Shown here piece after piece: positions 27,735 to 37,095 of a stretch of DNA of 41,198 nucleotides. Made by a program: the position numbers and the translations under genes. How positions within the stretch are numbered: position 1 is the first letter of the stretch; each line of letters begins with the position of its first letter. The notes under the pieces were generated by a model that saw only the letters and a list, made by a program, of their open reading frames with translations, was not told where the DNA came from and ran no database searches. This DNA comes from Candidatus Fermentithermobacillaceae bacterium. Its GTDB lineage: Bacteria; Bacillota; Sulfobacillia; Fermentithermobacillales; Fermentithermobacillaceae. Location: NCBI GenBank assembly GCA_012842105.1, contig DUTL01000055.1:1-41198 (forward strand), written 5' to 3'.

Positions 27735-29831
27735 TCAATGGCCTCCCGGCTCATCGACGGGCTCATCGATGGGCTCGTCGCCTGGTTTGTCACCTACAAA
27801 GTGGTAATCGCAAACTGAAACAGGAGTCTTACCCTTAACTCCGAGCTCAGTTATTAAGTGTTCCGCAGGGCAGTACGGGCCGGGCAGTAGCCCAGAGTAT
27901 TTGCAAACTTCAACCTCGACAATTGTGTCAGGCCTTGTGAAACTTTCAACAGGCATTTCGGCTGTAATAGTTTTCATCATGCTGTTCCAAATCCTCGCAG
28001 GATAGCTCCCGCCGGTGATTCTCCATTGGGACATTGTCTTTTCTTGATCATATCCCATCCATACCACACCAACGGTACTGGGGGTATACCCGCAAAACCA
28101 GGCATCCTTCCAATCGCTTGTAGTACCTGTTTTGCCTGCGGCGGGCCTCCCGAAATAGGCAGCTTGCCCGGTTCCGCCTGATACCGTAAGCACATCCTGG
28201 AGCATGCTTGTCATCAAGTACGCAGATTCTTCAGAAATTACGATCTTTCTGTTTATACCGTGCTCTTCCAGCACGTTTCCATTCTTGTCTTCGACTTTGA
28301 GGATGGATATTGGCTCAACCTGGATGCCGCGGTTAGCTAGTGTGCCGAAAGCCACTGCCATGTCTAGGGGCCTGACTCCGTAAGTAAGGCCGCCTAACGC
28401 CAGGGATCTGGTCAGGTCAGCACGGCCGCCTGAAACGGGGGTTTTGACGAGCGTGGTTATCCCCAGTTTCTCTGACATTTCCAGGCTGTTTCTAAGGCCA
28501 ACCATGTCTTGAACCTTACACGCCACCACGTTCAGGGACTGCCTTACCCCTGATCTCATTGTGACCAGGCCCTGAAATGTGCCGCTGTAGTTTCGCGGGG
28601 AGAACTTTTCTCCTGTTGTGGGGTCTACCCAGGTTACAGGCGCATCATCAATTACCGTATAAGGGCCCATGCCCTGCTCCAGGGCCGGTATATAGACGGA
28701 GATAGGTTTGAAGGCAGAGCCAGGCTGGCGTTTTGCATCAATGGCACGGTTCCATCCAAGCATGCTTTCGTGCCTTCTTCCTCCGACCAGAGCGAGCAAA
28801 TGTCCGGTTTTCACGTCCATAACAACCGAGGCAGCTTCAATGTTATCTTGCTCGGCTTTAAACGGGAAAACCGGGTCGAGCACTTGGTTGATTGCTGACT
28901 CTGCAGCCCTTTGTGCGCCGGGGCTGTATGTTGTATATACACGGAGGCCTCCGCCATATACAAGATCCGAAGGATAGCGTGAGAGGAGTTGCTGAAGCAC
29001 ATAGTCCAAGAAGTGGCCGCCTTCTGTGACCACCATGGGTTCATGATCGATAATGTTAAGCGGCCTGCTCTTGTAAACTTCGGCTTCGTCCTGGGTGAGA
29101 AAGCCATATTCGGCCATTTGGTTGAGTACGGTATTCCGGCGGTTCAGCGCCTGCTCAATGTTTGATTTATCCCCGTAGTATGAGGGTGCCCTTATGGTTC
29201 CCGCGATAAACGCTGCTTCACCAATATCCAATTCGGAAACGGATTTGCCAAAGTAAGCTCTTGCGGCCGCTTCAACGCCATATGCTCCCCGGCCGAAGTT
29301 AACTTGATTCATGTACATCTCAAGGATTTCCTTTTTAGTGTATTTACGCTCCATGAGAGTTGCAACTATGGCGTCCTGGACCTTTCTCTTAAGGGTTCTA
29401 TCTTGTTCAAGGAAAGCAATTTTGGCGAGCTGCTGGGTAATTGTGCTGCCTCCTTGCAGGCTTGAATCATCTTTTATGTTTTGATACAGGGCCCTAAAGA
29501 TTGCCCTCAGGTCAAACCCAGGATGGGTGTAGAATCTGTGGTCTTCAGCAGCGAGAACGGCATCAACCAGGTGCTGGGGCATGTTCTTAATGGTAGCGGG
29601 AACCCGGTATTCAGAGGATCTTAACTCAGTCCATATGTCTCCGTTACGATCATACAATATGGATATCTCGCTGGCCTCCGGCTCAAGGTTGGCAAGCGCG
29701 GGAAGATCCCGTATTGCAGACATTACCAGAGCCGCTGCAAAACCTGCTCCAACAAGAACTATTGCTAAAACAAGATATATGGTAACATCAAGGACCCGAA
29801 AGCCCTTCTTGGTTCGTCTCTTCTTTCCCAT
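27735..29831 (-). CDS. Class A penicillin-binding protein (glycosyltransferase plus transpeptidase, PBP1A type)
   Basis: GT51 motifs (EDHRFYTHPGFD, GGSTITQQLAK, RKVQD) and transpeptidase motifs (SAFKP, KTGTT) are present. GGAGGT lies 8 nt upstream of the ATG on the minus strand. Confidence 0.9.
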   Translation of the reverse strand: MGKKRRTKKGFRVLDVTIYLVLAIVLVGAGFAAALVMSAIRDLPALANLEPEASEISILYDRNGDIWTELRSSEYRVPATIKNMPQHLVDAVLAAEDHRFYTHPGFDLRAIFRALYQNIKDDSSLQGGSTITQQLAKIAFLEQDRTLKRKVQDAIVATLMERKYTKKEILEMYMNQVNFGRGAYGVEAAARAYFGKSVSELDIGEAAFIAGTIRAPSYYGDKSNIEQALNRRNTVLNQMAEYGFLTQDEAEVYKSRPLNIIDHEPMVVTEGGHFLDYVLQQLLSRYPSDLVYGGGLRVYTTYSPGAQRAAESAINQVLDPVFPFKAEQDNIEAASVVMDVKTGHLLALVGGRRHESMLGWNRAIDAKRQPGSAFKPISVYIPALEQGMGPYTVIDDAPVTWVDPTTGEKFSPRNYSGTFQGLVTMRSGVRQSLNVVACKVQDMVGLRNSLEMSEKLGITTLVKTPVSGGRADLTRSLALGGLTYGVRPLDMAVAFGTLANRGIQVEPISILKVEDKNGNVLEEHGINRKIVISEESAYLMTSMLQDVLTVSGGTGQAAYFGRPAAGKTGTTSDWKDAWFCGYTPSTVGVVWMGYDQEKTMSQWRITGGSYPARIWNSMMKTITAEMPVESFTRPDTIVEVEVCKYSGLLPGPYCPAEHLITELGVKGKTPVSVCDYHFVGDKPGDEPIDEPVDEPGGH

Positions 29832-29913
29832 GGCTTACTACCTCCAGCGGTTCATCTGACGGCCTTTGTCTTTAAGCCCAGTGTTTTCATTATGTTCACT
29901 TATACCTGTTCCC

Positions 29914-29942
29914 ATATTACCAGACGGGAAACAGTGTGATAA
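29914..29942 (-). promoter_or_regulatory. Candidate promoter for the PBP gene
   Basis: The minus strand reads TTATCA, a 17-nt spacer, then TGgTAATAT. Confidence 0.3.
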
Positions 29943-29995
29943 GGTGCCAACATTATACCACTTTCAGCAATTGGCTTTTTGAGGTTGGCCAAGGA

Positions 29996-30004
29996 TGGTA
30001 TAAT
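29996..30004 (+). promoter_or_regulatory. Candidate extended -10 promoter for tyrS (TGgTATAAT)
   Basis: TG-n-TATAAT lies 30 nt upstream of the tyrS start. No well-spaced -35 is present. Confidence 0.35.
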
Positions 30005-30034
30005 CAAACGAAAAGCCCAAGGAGGGTCAGTGCT

Positions 30035-31267
30035 TTGGGAAAATTAGACGATGCAGTCCATAACCAGGTTGAGTTGATCAGCCAAAGGGCTGCCATGCTG
30101 GTTACTGAGGATGAACTTAAAGTTAAGATCAAACAAGCCCTGAAAGAGGGGCGGCCTTTGAAAGTGAAATTGGGAGTGGACCCCAGTGCTCCTGACATTC
30201 ATCTTGGCCATATGGTGGTTATGAGGAAACTTAGAGAGTTTCAGGAACTGGGCCATGAGATATACTTTGTAATCGGTGATTTCACAGGGATGATTGGAGA
30301 CCCCAGCGGTAAGTCAAAGACCAGGCGGCAACTGTCAAGAGATGAGGTTGAAGCTAATGCCAGAACCTATCATGATCAGGCGACGCTGATTCTCGATCCT
30401 GACAAGACCCATGTAGTGTTCAACTCATCCTGGCTGTCTCCCCTTACTTTCAGAGAACTGGTGAACCTTTCATCAAAGTTTACGGTAGCCAGAATGATCG
30501 AAAGAGACGATTTCAGCAAGCGTTATGCAGACGGACAGGCTATTGGAATCCACGAATTCCTGTATCCCCTGGCTCAAGCATATGATTCTGTTGCAATAGG
30601 TGCAGACGTGGAGTTAGGTGGGACCGACCAGACCTTTAACCTTTTGGTAGGCAGAGACATACAGCCTCAGTACGGACAGGAACCGCAGATAGCGCTCACA
30701 ATGCCCCTTCTTGTGGGAACTGACGGCAAAGAGAAAATGTCCAAGAGCCTGGGCAACTACATTGGAATCACAGATGAACCCAATGACATGTACGGAAAAG
30801 TGATGTCTATTCCGGATGAGGCAATGAGCGATTACTATGAATTGGTGCTTGCAGAACCAAAGCATTTGGTGCAGGGCCTAATGCGTGATATTGAGTCAGG
30901 TAAGCGTCATCCCATGGACCTTAAAATGGAATTGGCCAGGAGAATTGTGGCTGAATTCTACGGAGTGAGTACGGCAAAAGCTGCACAAGAGAACTTCCTG
31001 CGTGTGTTCAGGCAAGATTCTCTTCCCGATGATATTGAAACTGTGAGACTTGTAGATCTTGCTCCGGGGGAAGAGGTTGGGCTTGCGCGGCTGCTCTCGC
31101 TGTGCGGGCTTGTCCCTTCTTCATCAGAAGCCAGGCGTCTTATTAAGAGCGGCGCAGTTCGGGTTAACCGCGAGAGAATCGAGGATACATCGGTGTTGGT
31201 AAAGGTAACTGACGGGATGCTACTTCAAATAGGCAAACGGCGGGTCTGCAGGGTTACAGTAAAGTAA
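30035..31267 (+). CDS. tyrS: Tyrosine--tRNA ligase (type 2, with C-terminal S4-like domain)
   Basis: HIGH-type HLGH, KMSKS and the S4-like motif RRLIKSGAVRVN are present. AAGGAGGG lies 7 nt before the TTG at 30035. The track extension from 29936 lacks an RBS. Confidence 0.9.
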   Translation: MGKLDDAVHNQVELISQRAAMLVTEDELKVKIKQALKEGRPLKVKLGVDPSAPDIHLGHMVVMRKLREFQELGHEIYFVIGDFTGMIGDPSGKSKTRRQLSRDEVEANARTYHDQATLILDPDKTHVVFNSSWLSPLTFRELVNLSSKFTVARMIERDDFSKRYADGQAIGIHEFLYPLAQAYDSVAIGADVELGGTDQTFNLLVGRDIQPQYGQEPQIALTMPLLVGTDGKEKMSKSLGNYIGITDEPNDMYGKVMSIPDEAMSDYYELVLAEPKHLVQGLMRDIESGKRHPMDLKMELARRIVAEFYGVSTAKAAQENFLRVFRQDSLPDDIETVRLVDLAPGEEVGLARLLSLCGLVPSSSEARRLIKSGAVRVNRERIEDTSVLVKVTDGMLLQIGKRRVCRVTVK

Positions 31268-31317
31268 CTGCAGATTCACGTTTTTGCACGAACTTTAGAA
31301 CCGGTGCTTGCATAACA

Positions 31318-32007
31318 ATGAGAGGCTACTTGTTAGAAAAGGAGCTTCTCATTATCTTTAACAGAAGGTTTTTGAATAACAGAAGACGCCTGCAAAGGCC
31401 CGTGGCCGTCATGGTTGGGCTTGGTTTGATATTTGCATGGTTGCTTGTTGCCGTGGAAAGAAGCATTATCCCCACGCTCATAACTATTTCAGAGTCCAGG
31501 GTTGCAGCTATTGCCAATGAGGCAATTATCCAGGCGGTAAATTCTCATATCGATTCACTTCTCGAGGACAAGAAACTTCTGGATTTCCACCTTGGTTCTG
31601 AAGGCCAGCTCTTGTACGTGCAAACTAACACTGCAGACCTCAATAGAATACAATCTGAGTGCCTGGCTCTTCTTCAAGAGGCCATAAACGATCTTGAAGG
31701 GTTTGAAATCCGCATTCCCTTTGGCCAGGCGCTTGGATCAAGTATTTTTGCCTCAATGGGGCCAAAAATCAGAGTTGCCATGTTCCCGTACGGATATGTA
31801 AGTGTACAGGTTCTGGACAGTTTTGAAGTTACAGGCATCAACCAGATAAAATACGACTTGTGTCTGCATGTGGTTTATACACTGCAGGTAGTCATTCCGC
31901 TTATCTCCTCGAAGACCCATGTTTCAATCGACATACCTCTTGCCACTGTACTCATCCCAGGCAAAGTGCCCGATACTTACCTTACGATTCCCTACGATAG
32001 CCGCTGA
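31318..32007 (+). CDS. yunB: Sporulation protein YunB-like
   Basis: It has a basic N-terminus and one TM helix. The body (IRIPFGQALGSSIFASMGPKIRV...INQIKYDL...IPGKVPDTY) matches my recollection of the YunB family. The exact start is uncertain. Confidence 0.7.
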   Translation: MRGYLLEKELLIIFNRRFLNNRRRLQRPVAVMVGLGLIFAWLLVAVERSIIPTLITISESRVAAIANEAIIQAVNSHIDSLLEDKKLLDFHLGSEGQLLYVQTNTADLNRIQSECLALLQEAINDLEGFEIRIPFGQALGSSIFASMGPKIRVAMFPYGYVSVQVLDSFEVTGINQIKYDLCLHVVYTLQVVIPLISSKTHVSIDIPLATVLIPGKVPDTYLTIPYDSR

Positions 32008-32049
32008 TTTGGCCGCGGCCCTTCACAAGTGGGATGCATCTGGAGGATA

Positions 32050-32829
32050 ATGTCTTTAAAGGACTGCTCCGAGGTGATGACGTTGAAAAACATCCAACAG
32101 GTGGCAGGTTCCATTTCTGCCTGGATGCGGCAAATGAGCGACTCGGCGGGCGCTGTGGGAGGAGTTTTCGGTGTTTCAGGCGGGCTTGATTCGGCGTTGC
32201 TGGTTGCTCTCGCCAAAGATGCATGGCAGGAGAATTGCCTGGGTTTGGTGCTTCCGTGTCATTCGTCAGATGCGGATGTGGAGGATGCCACTGAAGTACT
32301 ACGGCATTTTGACTGCAAGTATAAGGTACTGGATCTGGCTCCTGTGTTTGATACATTCACCGGGATCCTGGGTGAATCAGAAGACCGGGAGTTTATGGCC
32401 CGGGCAAACCTGAAACCGCGCCTGCGCATGGCTACGCTTTACTACTATGCAAACACAATGAACTACATGGTGGTAGGCACAACTAACAGAAGCGAGTATT
32501 TCGTCGGCTATTTTACCAAGCACGGTGACGGAGGAGTTGACATGCAGCCCCTCGCAGGGCTTACGAAAGATGAAGTGAGGCAGCTTTCGAGATATTTTGG
32601 CGTCCCTGAAAAGATTGTTGCGAAAACGCCTTCAGGAGGGCTTTGGGAAGGGCAAACTGATGAAAAGGAAATGGGCATATCCTATAGAGATCTGGATGCC
32701 CATCTTCGTGGGGAAAAGATCCCTCAGGATGCCGAGACAAGGATTCTGGAGATGCATAAGAAGAGCGAACACAAGAGAAGTCTTCCGCCAATCCCTGTTT
32801 TGCGCATTGACAGTTTCAAGGAGGAATGA
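32050..32829 (+). CDS. nadE: NH3-dependent NAD+ synthetase
   Basis: The PP-loop SGGLDSALL, GTTNRSEYFVGYFTKHGDGG and TPSGGLWEGQTDEKEMG are present. The start is ambiguous (GTG 32029, ATG 32050 or ATG 32077). Confidence 0.85.
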   Translation: MSLKDCSEVMTLKNIQQVAGSISAWMRQMSDSAGAVGGVFGVSGGLDSALLVALAKDAWQENCLGLVLPCHSSDADVEDATEVLRHFDCKYKVLDLAPVFDTFTGILGESEDREFMARANLKPRLRMATLYYYANTMNYMVVGTTNRSEYFVGYFTKHGDGGVDMQPLAGLTKDEVRQLSRYFGVPEKIVAKTPSGGLWEGQTDEKEMGISYRDLDAHLRGEKIPQDAETRILEMHKKSEHKRSLPPIPVLRIDSFKEE

Positions 32830-32832
32830 GTC

Positions 32833-33579
32833 TTGGCAGGACATTCAAAGTGGTCGAATATTAAGCGCAAGAAAGCAAGGTTAGACGCACAGCGTGCAAA
32901 TGTCATTTCAAAGGCACTAAGAGACGTAATGCTTGCAGCCCGTGAGGGAGGTGGCAGTCCAGACACTAATTTCAGGCTGCGAATGGCCATAGAAAAGGCA
33001 AGGGAAGTTAATGTAAGCGCTGATAGCATTAACCGTTCCATCAAGCGCGGTACAGGCGAACTCGAGGGCGGGCACCTTGAAGAAATCACATACGAAGGAT
33101 ATGGGCCTGGTGGAACTGCGGTACTGGTAGAAGCAGCCACGGATAACCGGAACCGGACTGCTTCCGAGATCAGGCACATATTCTCCAAACACGGAGGTAA
33201 ACTGGCTGAACTGGGAGCGGTTGCCTGGATTTTTGACCGGCGGGGTTTTGTTGCCCTGGAAAAAGAGGGCCTCACCGAGGAACAAGTGCTTGAGATGTGT
33301 ATTGAAGCAGGAGCCCTTGACATGCAATCTGAAGACGATTGCTATGAAATCTACACAGAGCTAACCGAGCTGGAACAGGTGAGATCTAAGCTCGAAGCGG
33401 CAGGGGCCAGGGTACAGGCGGCTGAGTTGACTATGGTGCCTAAGACATACGTGAATCTGGACGGAGACGATGCGTCAAAGGTGTTAGTCCTCATGGATTT
33501 GCTGGAATCCCACGATGATGTCTCCAGAGTTTATGCAAACTTCGATGTTCCTGATGATATGCTGAGCGAGAACGAATAG
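32833..33579 (+). CDS. yebC: YebC/PmpR-family DNA-binding transcriptional regulator
   Basis: MAGHSKWSNIKRKK is the canonical N-terminus (TTG start). The product is 248 aa. Confidence 0.9.
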   Translation: MAGHSKWSNIKRKKARLDAQRANVISKALRDVMLAAREGGGSPDTNFRLRMAIEKAREVNVSADSINRSIKRGTGELEGGHLEEITYEGYGPGGTAVLVEAATDNRNRTASEIRHIFSKHGGKLAELGAVAWIFDRRGFVALEKEGLTEEQVLEMCIEAGALDMQSEDDCYEIYTELTELEQVRSKLEAAGARVQAAELTMVPKTYVNLDGDDASKVLVLMDLLESHDDVSRVYANFDVPDDMLSENE

Positions 33580-33596
33580 GCTGCGCACAGGCGGTT

Positions 33597-34196
33597 ATGA
33601 ATACGCCCCTCTTTCCTGGGAAACCTAGATTTGCCTGGAGGGAGGGAACAGTGAGACACAATCGTTTTCGCACCGGCAAGAGAATATGTTTGTTCGCGCT
33701 GATAGTGGTTGGGGGAATGCTACTGGGAAGGCTATTGCTTTCGAATTTTGTGTTCCCTGTGCCTAACTCCGGTTCTCAGGCGTCTATGGTTCAGGTGATC
33801 TATGTTACCAGGTACAGCAAGTGTGGCGATACAGCTACAGTTGCCAGGGATATTGGCCGGAACCGGCTTGATTCTTTATTTGCGTCCCTGTCTGACGATT
33901 GGAGCGCCATGGAGGAGCGAGACGGGAAAATGGAATTGCTCAAGACAGTTGATGATTGGTGCCCCAACCACAATCACTACCGCCTTATCAAAATGCACCG
34001 CGGACACGTTGTGGTTTTTCGCGGGCAGAGCCCTGACGACGAGTTTATTGTCCGCGGCTACAGAGAACTTGAGGAGTCTCTGATTATCCATAGGGAAACC
34101 TTGCAGCAGCTAAGGCAGGGAATCCTGTTGTTCGATGAGGATCCTGATCAGCTTGATGTTCTTGTAAGGTCATACCTGGAAGGAATCACAGACTAG
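33597..34196 (+). CDS. Hypothetical membrane-anchored protein, possibly BofC-like (forespore checkpoint factor)
   Basis: It has an N-terminal TM helix followed by a two-domain layout that resembles my recollection of BofC (N-domain around YSKCGD...DDWCPNH, C-domain around GHVVVFRG...LRQGILLFD). Its position next to the ruv genes echoes bofC-ruvA in Bacillus. An alternative start is the GTG at 33651, preceded by GGAGGGAGGG. Confidence 0.4.
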   Translation: MNTPLFPGKPRFAWREGTVRHNRFRTGKRICLFALIVVGGMLLGRLLLSNFVFPVPNSGSQASMVQVIYVTRYSKCGDTATVARDIGRNRLDSLFASLSDDWSAMEERDGKMELLKTVDDWCPNHNHYRLIKMHRGHVVVFRGQSPDDEFIVRGYRELEESLIIHRETLQQLRQGILLFDEDPDQLDVLVRSYLEGITD

Positions 34197-34224
34197 CCTG
34201 TCGAACCCCCTAAGCGGGGGTATT

Positions 34225-34740
34225 GTGATGCGAATACTCGGAATTGATCCTGGCATAGCGAGAACCGGCTGGGGCATAGTGGATGCCAGGGGCCAGGATT
34301 TTACTGCGGTTGATTACGGATGCATAAGCACGGGTAAGGATGAAAGCCTCCCAGCGAGGCTGTTATTTATTTTTGAGAACCTGAACTCGCTGGTAGATAA
34401 GCACTCTCCGGATCTGATGGCAGTGGAGGAATTGTTTTTTGCGAGAAACGCCAAGACAGCCATTACAGTTGGGCATGGCCGGGGAGTCTGCGTTTTAGTA
34501 GCCGGAATGAGGGGTATTTCACTGGAAGAAGTGACTCCTTTACAGGTAAAATCATCTGTAGTAGGGTACGGCAATGCAACCAAAGAGCAAGTTGGGGTAA
34601 TGATCAAGAGTATTTTAGGCTTATCCAGGATGCCAAGGCCTGATGACGTATGTGATGCGCTTGCTGTGGCTGTGGCCGCAGCCATCAAAAGGTCTTTTCG
34701 CGCCGTAGTAGTCCGCAGCCAGAAACCGGAAAAAAGGTAG
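34225..34740 (+). CDS. ruvC: Crossover junction endodeoxyribonuclease RuvC
   Basis: ILGIDPGIARTGWGIV, AVEELFF and the DDVCDALAVAV catalytic acidic residues are present. Confidence 0.9.
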   Translation: MMRILGIDPGIARTGWGIVDARGQDFTAVDYGCISTGKDESLPARLLFIFENLNSLVDKHSPDLMAVEELFFARNAKTAITVGHGRGVCVLVAGMRGISLEEVTPLQVKSSVVGYGNATKEQVGVMIKSILGLSRMPRPDDVCDALAVAVAAAIKRSFRAVVVRSQKPEKR

Positions 34741-34745
34741 AGTAG

Positions 34746-35333
34746 ATGATATCAGAACTCAATGGAATGTTAATTTCAAAAGATGAACGGAATGTCACCG
34801 TCATGGTGGGCGGCATTGGTTTTGAAGTTCACGTACCTTCAGGACTGTTGGACGTTCTGCAGGTTGGCCAGGAAATCCACTTGTACACCAGGCTTCTCGT
34901 AAGAGATGACGGCTGGCATATATACGGATTCAGGAATCTTGAAGACAGAACCTTGTTTGACATGCTCTTGACGGTTCAGGGTGTAGGCCCTAGAACTGCA
35001 GTTGGCATTTTATCATCCCTTCCTGTCATGGAATTTTACAGGGCCGTCCTGTCAAGAGACGAGAAAGCCCTCACCCGGCTGCCGGGAATCGGAAAGAAAA
35101 CAGCAGGACGGATTATTGTTGAACTAAGAGACAAGATTGGGCTTCCAAAGGGCAAACTCGATGTCGCCTTTGGACAACCTGACATGATAGGCGAGGCGGC
35201 CGAAGCGCTTTTGGCCTTAGGATATTCAAGGCAAGAGGCGCAGGAAGCTTTGTCTCGCGCAACCAAGACCGTTTCCGGGCCTGATCTGGAAACATTGCTT
35301 CGGGAGGCTTTGAAGTATCTTGCCAGATTCTAG
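34746..35333 (+). CDS. ruvA: Holliday junction branch migration complex subunit RuvA
   Basis: VGGIGFEV, the helix-hairpin-helix motifs ([21 protein letters not shown]) and the C-terminal domain III are present. Confidence 0.9.
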   Translation: MISELNGMLISKDERNVTVMVGGIGFEVHVPSGLLDVLQVGQEIHLYTRLLVRDDGWHIYGFRNLEDRTLFDMLLTVQGVGPRTAVGILSSLPVMEFYRAVLSRDEKALTRLPGIGKKTAGRIIVELRDKIGLPKGKLDVAFGQPDMIGEAAEALLALGYSRQEAQEALSRATKTVSGPDLETLLREALKYLARF

Positions 35334-36348
35334 AGAACTTATTTCCAGGAACGTGTTGCCTGAAGACGAAACAGCCGAAGTATCGCTAAGGCCACTTGTG
35401 CTTTCCGAGTACATTGGCCAGGAAAGGATCAAGCATAACCTAGGGGTGTACATCGAAGCTGCAAGGCAACGGCAGGATGCTGTTGATCATATCTTGTTGT
35501 CGGGGCCCCCGGGATTGGGAAAAACCACTCTGGCCCACATAATCGCAAACGAATTGGGAGTGGGAATTCGAATTACATCAGGCCCGGCTATTGAACGCTC
35601 AGGCGATCTTGTGGCTATCTTGACCAATCTTGAAGACAGAGACGTCTTGTTTATTGACGAGATCCACAGGTTGAACCACCAGGCGGAAGAAGCTTTATAT
35701 CCGGCCATGGAGGATTTTTCTTTTGACTGGATTGCCGGAAAGGGGCCTGCAGCGAGAACCTACCGCCTTAAGCTGCCAAGGTTTACCTTGGTGGCAGCTA
35801 CTACCAGAAGCGGGATGCTCACATCGCCATTGCGGGACCGGTTTGGAATCGCGTTTCGCCTTGACTTCTATTCTGTTAGCGAGCTATTTGAGGTTGTGCT
35901 GAGATCTGCCAAGATTTTGGGTGTTTCCATCGACGGCCAAGGGGCCATGGAGATCGCCAAAAGAGCCCGGGGCACCCCCAGAATAGCTAACAGGCTCTTA
36001 AGAAGGGTCCGGGACTATGCACAGGTAAAAGGAGACGGCACTATAGATCGAGATGTAGCATGTGAATCCCTTGCATCTATGGATATAGACTCAGAAGGCC
36101 TGGACGGGCTGGATAGAATGATTCTTTCGGCAATAATAAATAATTATGATGGCGGGCCTGTAGGGCTGTCAACTCTGGCTGCGTGTGTAAGTGAAGATCC
36201 CGGCACCATTGAGGATGTTTATGAGCCGTACCTGCTGCAGATGGGTTTTCTGGAGAGGACACCCAGAGGGCGTATGGCTACGCAAAAGGCCATAGAATAC
36301 GTTCTAGGCGGCATTCCCAAAAGAAAGGGGCTTTTTGATAATCCTTGA
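35320..36348 (+). CDS. ruvB: Holliday junction branch migration DNA helicase RuvB
   Basis: [13 protein letters not shown], Walker [10 protein letters not shown], Walker B LFIDEIHR and [16 protein letters not shown] are present. The gene overlaps ruvA by 14 nt. Confidence 0.95.
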   Translation: MPDSRELISRNVLPEDETAEVSLRPLVLSEYIGQERIKHNLGVYIEAARQRQDAVDHILLSGPPGLGKTTLAHIIANELGVGIRITSGPAIERSGDLVAILTNLEDRDVLFIDEIHRLNHQAEEALYPAMEDFSFDWIAGKGPAARTYRLKLPRFTLVAATTRSGMLTSPLRDRFGIAFRLDFYSVSELFEVVLRSAKILGVSIDGQGAMEIAKRARGTPRIANRLLRRVRDYAQVKGDGTIDRDVACESLASMDIDSEGLDGLDRMILSAIINNYDGGPVGLSTLAACVSEDPGTIEDVYEPYLLQMGFLERTPRGRMATQKAIEYVLGGIPKRKGLFDNP

Positions 36349-36869
36349 GACTCCTTCTTCATTCATGCTGTGGGCCATGTACTGCTTTTCCCCTTCACTT
36401 TTTCAGGACACAAGGGTTTTTGGTGGATGGGTTGTTTTTCAATCCCAACATTTACCCCTCAGAGGAAGAGGAAAAGCGGTGGGATACATATGAAAAGTGG
36501 TCAAAAGAGGCCGGCGTTAACACAAGGCGGATTTTCGTTCCTCACCAGGATTGGGCCCAGGCTGTGTCCATTGATTTGGAAAAGCCCGGGCGGTGCAGAA
36601 CGTGTTACTACGTAAGGCTCAGGCAAGTTGCCCGGTTGGCCAAGGAGGAAAGGTATGACGGTTTCTCCACCACATTGCTGGTAAGCCCCTATCAAGATCA
36701 CCAAGGGGTTTTGGATGCAATGCAAGAAGCTTCCCATGAACACGGGGTACCCTATGTTTACAGAGATCTCAGGCGCGGGTACCTGCGTTCAAGGCAGATG
36801 GCAAGAGGGAGCCACATGTACATGCAGAAGTATTGTGGCTGCGAGTTTAGTCTAGGAGGTGATGGATAA
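36345..36869 (+). CDS. queH: Epoxyqueuosine reductase QueH (DUF208)
   Basis: [24 protein letters not shown] and the [10 protein letters not shown] motifs are present. Its TTG start overlaps the ruvB stop as TTGA. Confidence 0.8.
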   Translation: MRLLLHSCCGPCTAFPLHFFRTQGFLVDGLFFNPNIYPSEEEEKRWDTYEKWSKEAGVNTRRIFVPHQDWAQAVSIDLEKPGRCRTCYYVRLRQVARLAKEERYDGFSTTLLVSPYQDHQGVLDAMQEASHEHGVPYVYRDLRRGYLRSRQMARGSHMYMQKYCGCEFSLGGDG

Positions 36870-37095
36870 GGTGCCAGGCTGGGGCGATTTCGGCCGCATG
36901 TTGATGATAACGGGAGCGTTATTGCTGGCTCTTGGAGTATTGCTTTCGTTTGGCGGACGGCTTCTGAAGTTAGGGCGTTTGCCCGGGGATATTGTTGTCA
37001 GGCGCGGTAATTTCACGTTCTATTTTCCCCTGATGACGTCAATCCTCTTGAGCTTGGGCCTTATCGTTTTGCTATGGCTTTTTCGAAAACGATGA
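36859..37095 (+). CDS. DUF2905 small membrane protein
   Basis: The motif LGRLPGDIVVRRGNFTFYFPLMTSILLS is present. The start is ambiguous (36859, 36862 or 36871). Confidence 0.7.
   Translation: MMDKVPGWGDFGRMLMITGALLLALGVLLSFGGRLLKLGRLPGDIVVRRGNFTFYFPLMTSILLSLGLIVLLWLFRKR

Noticed and set aside
27748-27783. Three tandem 12-nt units at the PBP 3' end, encoding a DEPIDEPVDEP tail.
   Set aside because: This is a short low-complexity acidic or proline-rich C-terminal tail, which is common in PBPs. It is not an independent element.
31246-31285. Imperfect CTGCAG...CTGCAG hairpin spanning the tyrS stop as a terminator.
   Set aside because: The stem is interrupted by a bulge, and the T-run is separated from it by 7 nt. 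It is too weak to list as a feature.
31300-31317. CATAACAAT upstream of yunB as a sigma-E -10 box. GAATA...ATGAATA upstream of the bofC-like gene was similarly considered as a sigma-F/G promoter.
   Set aside because: The matches are partial. In the yunB case the element abuts the annotated start codon. Neither is supportable without TSS data.
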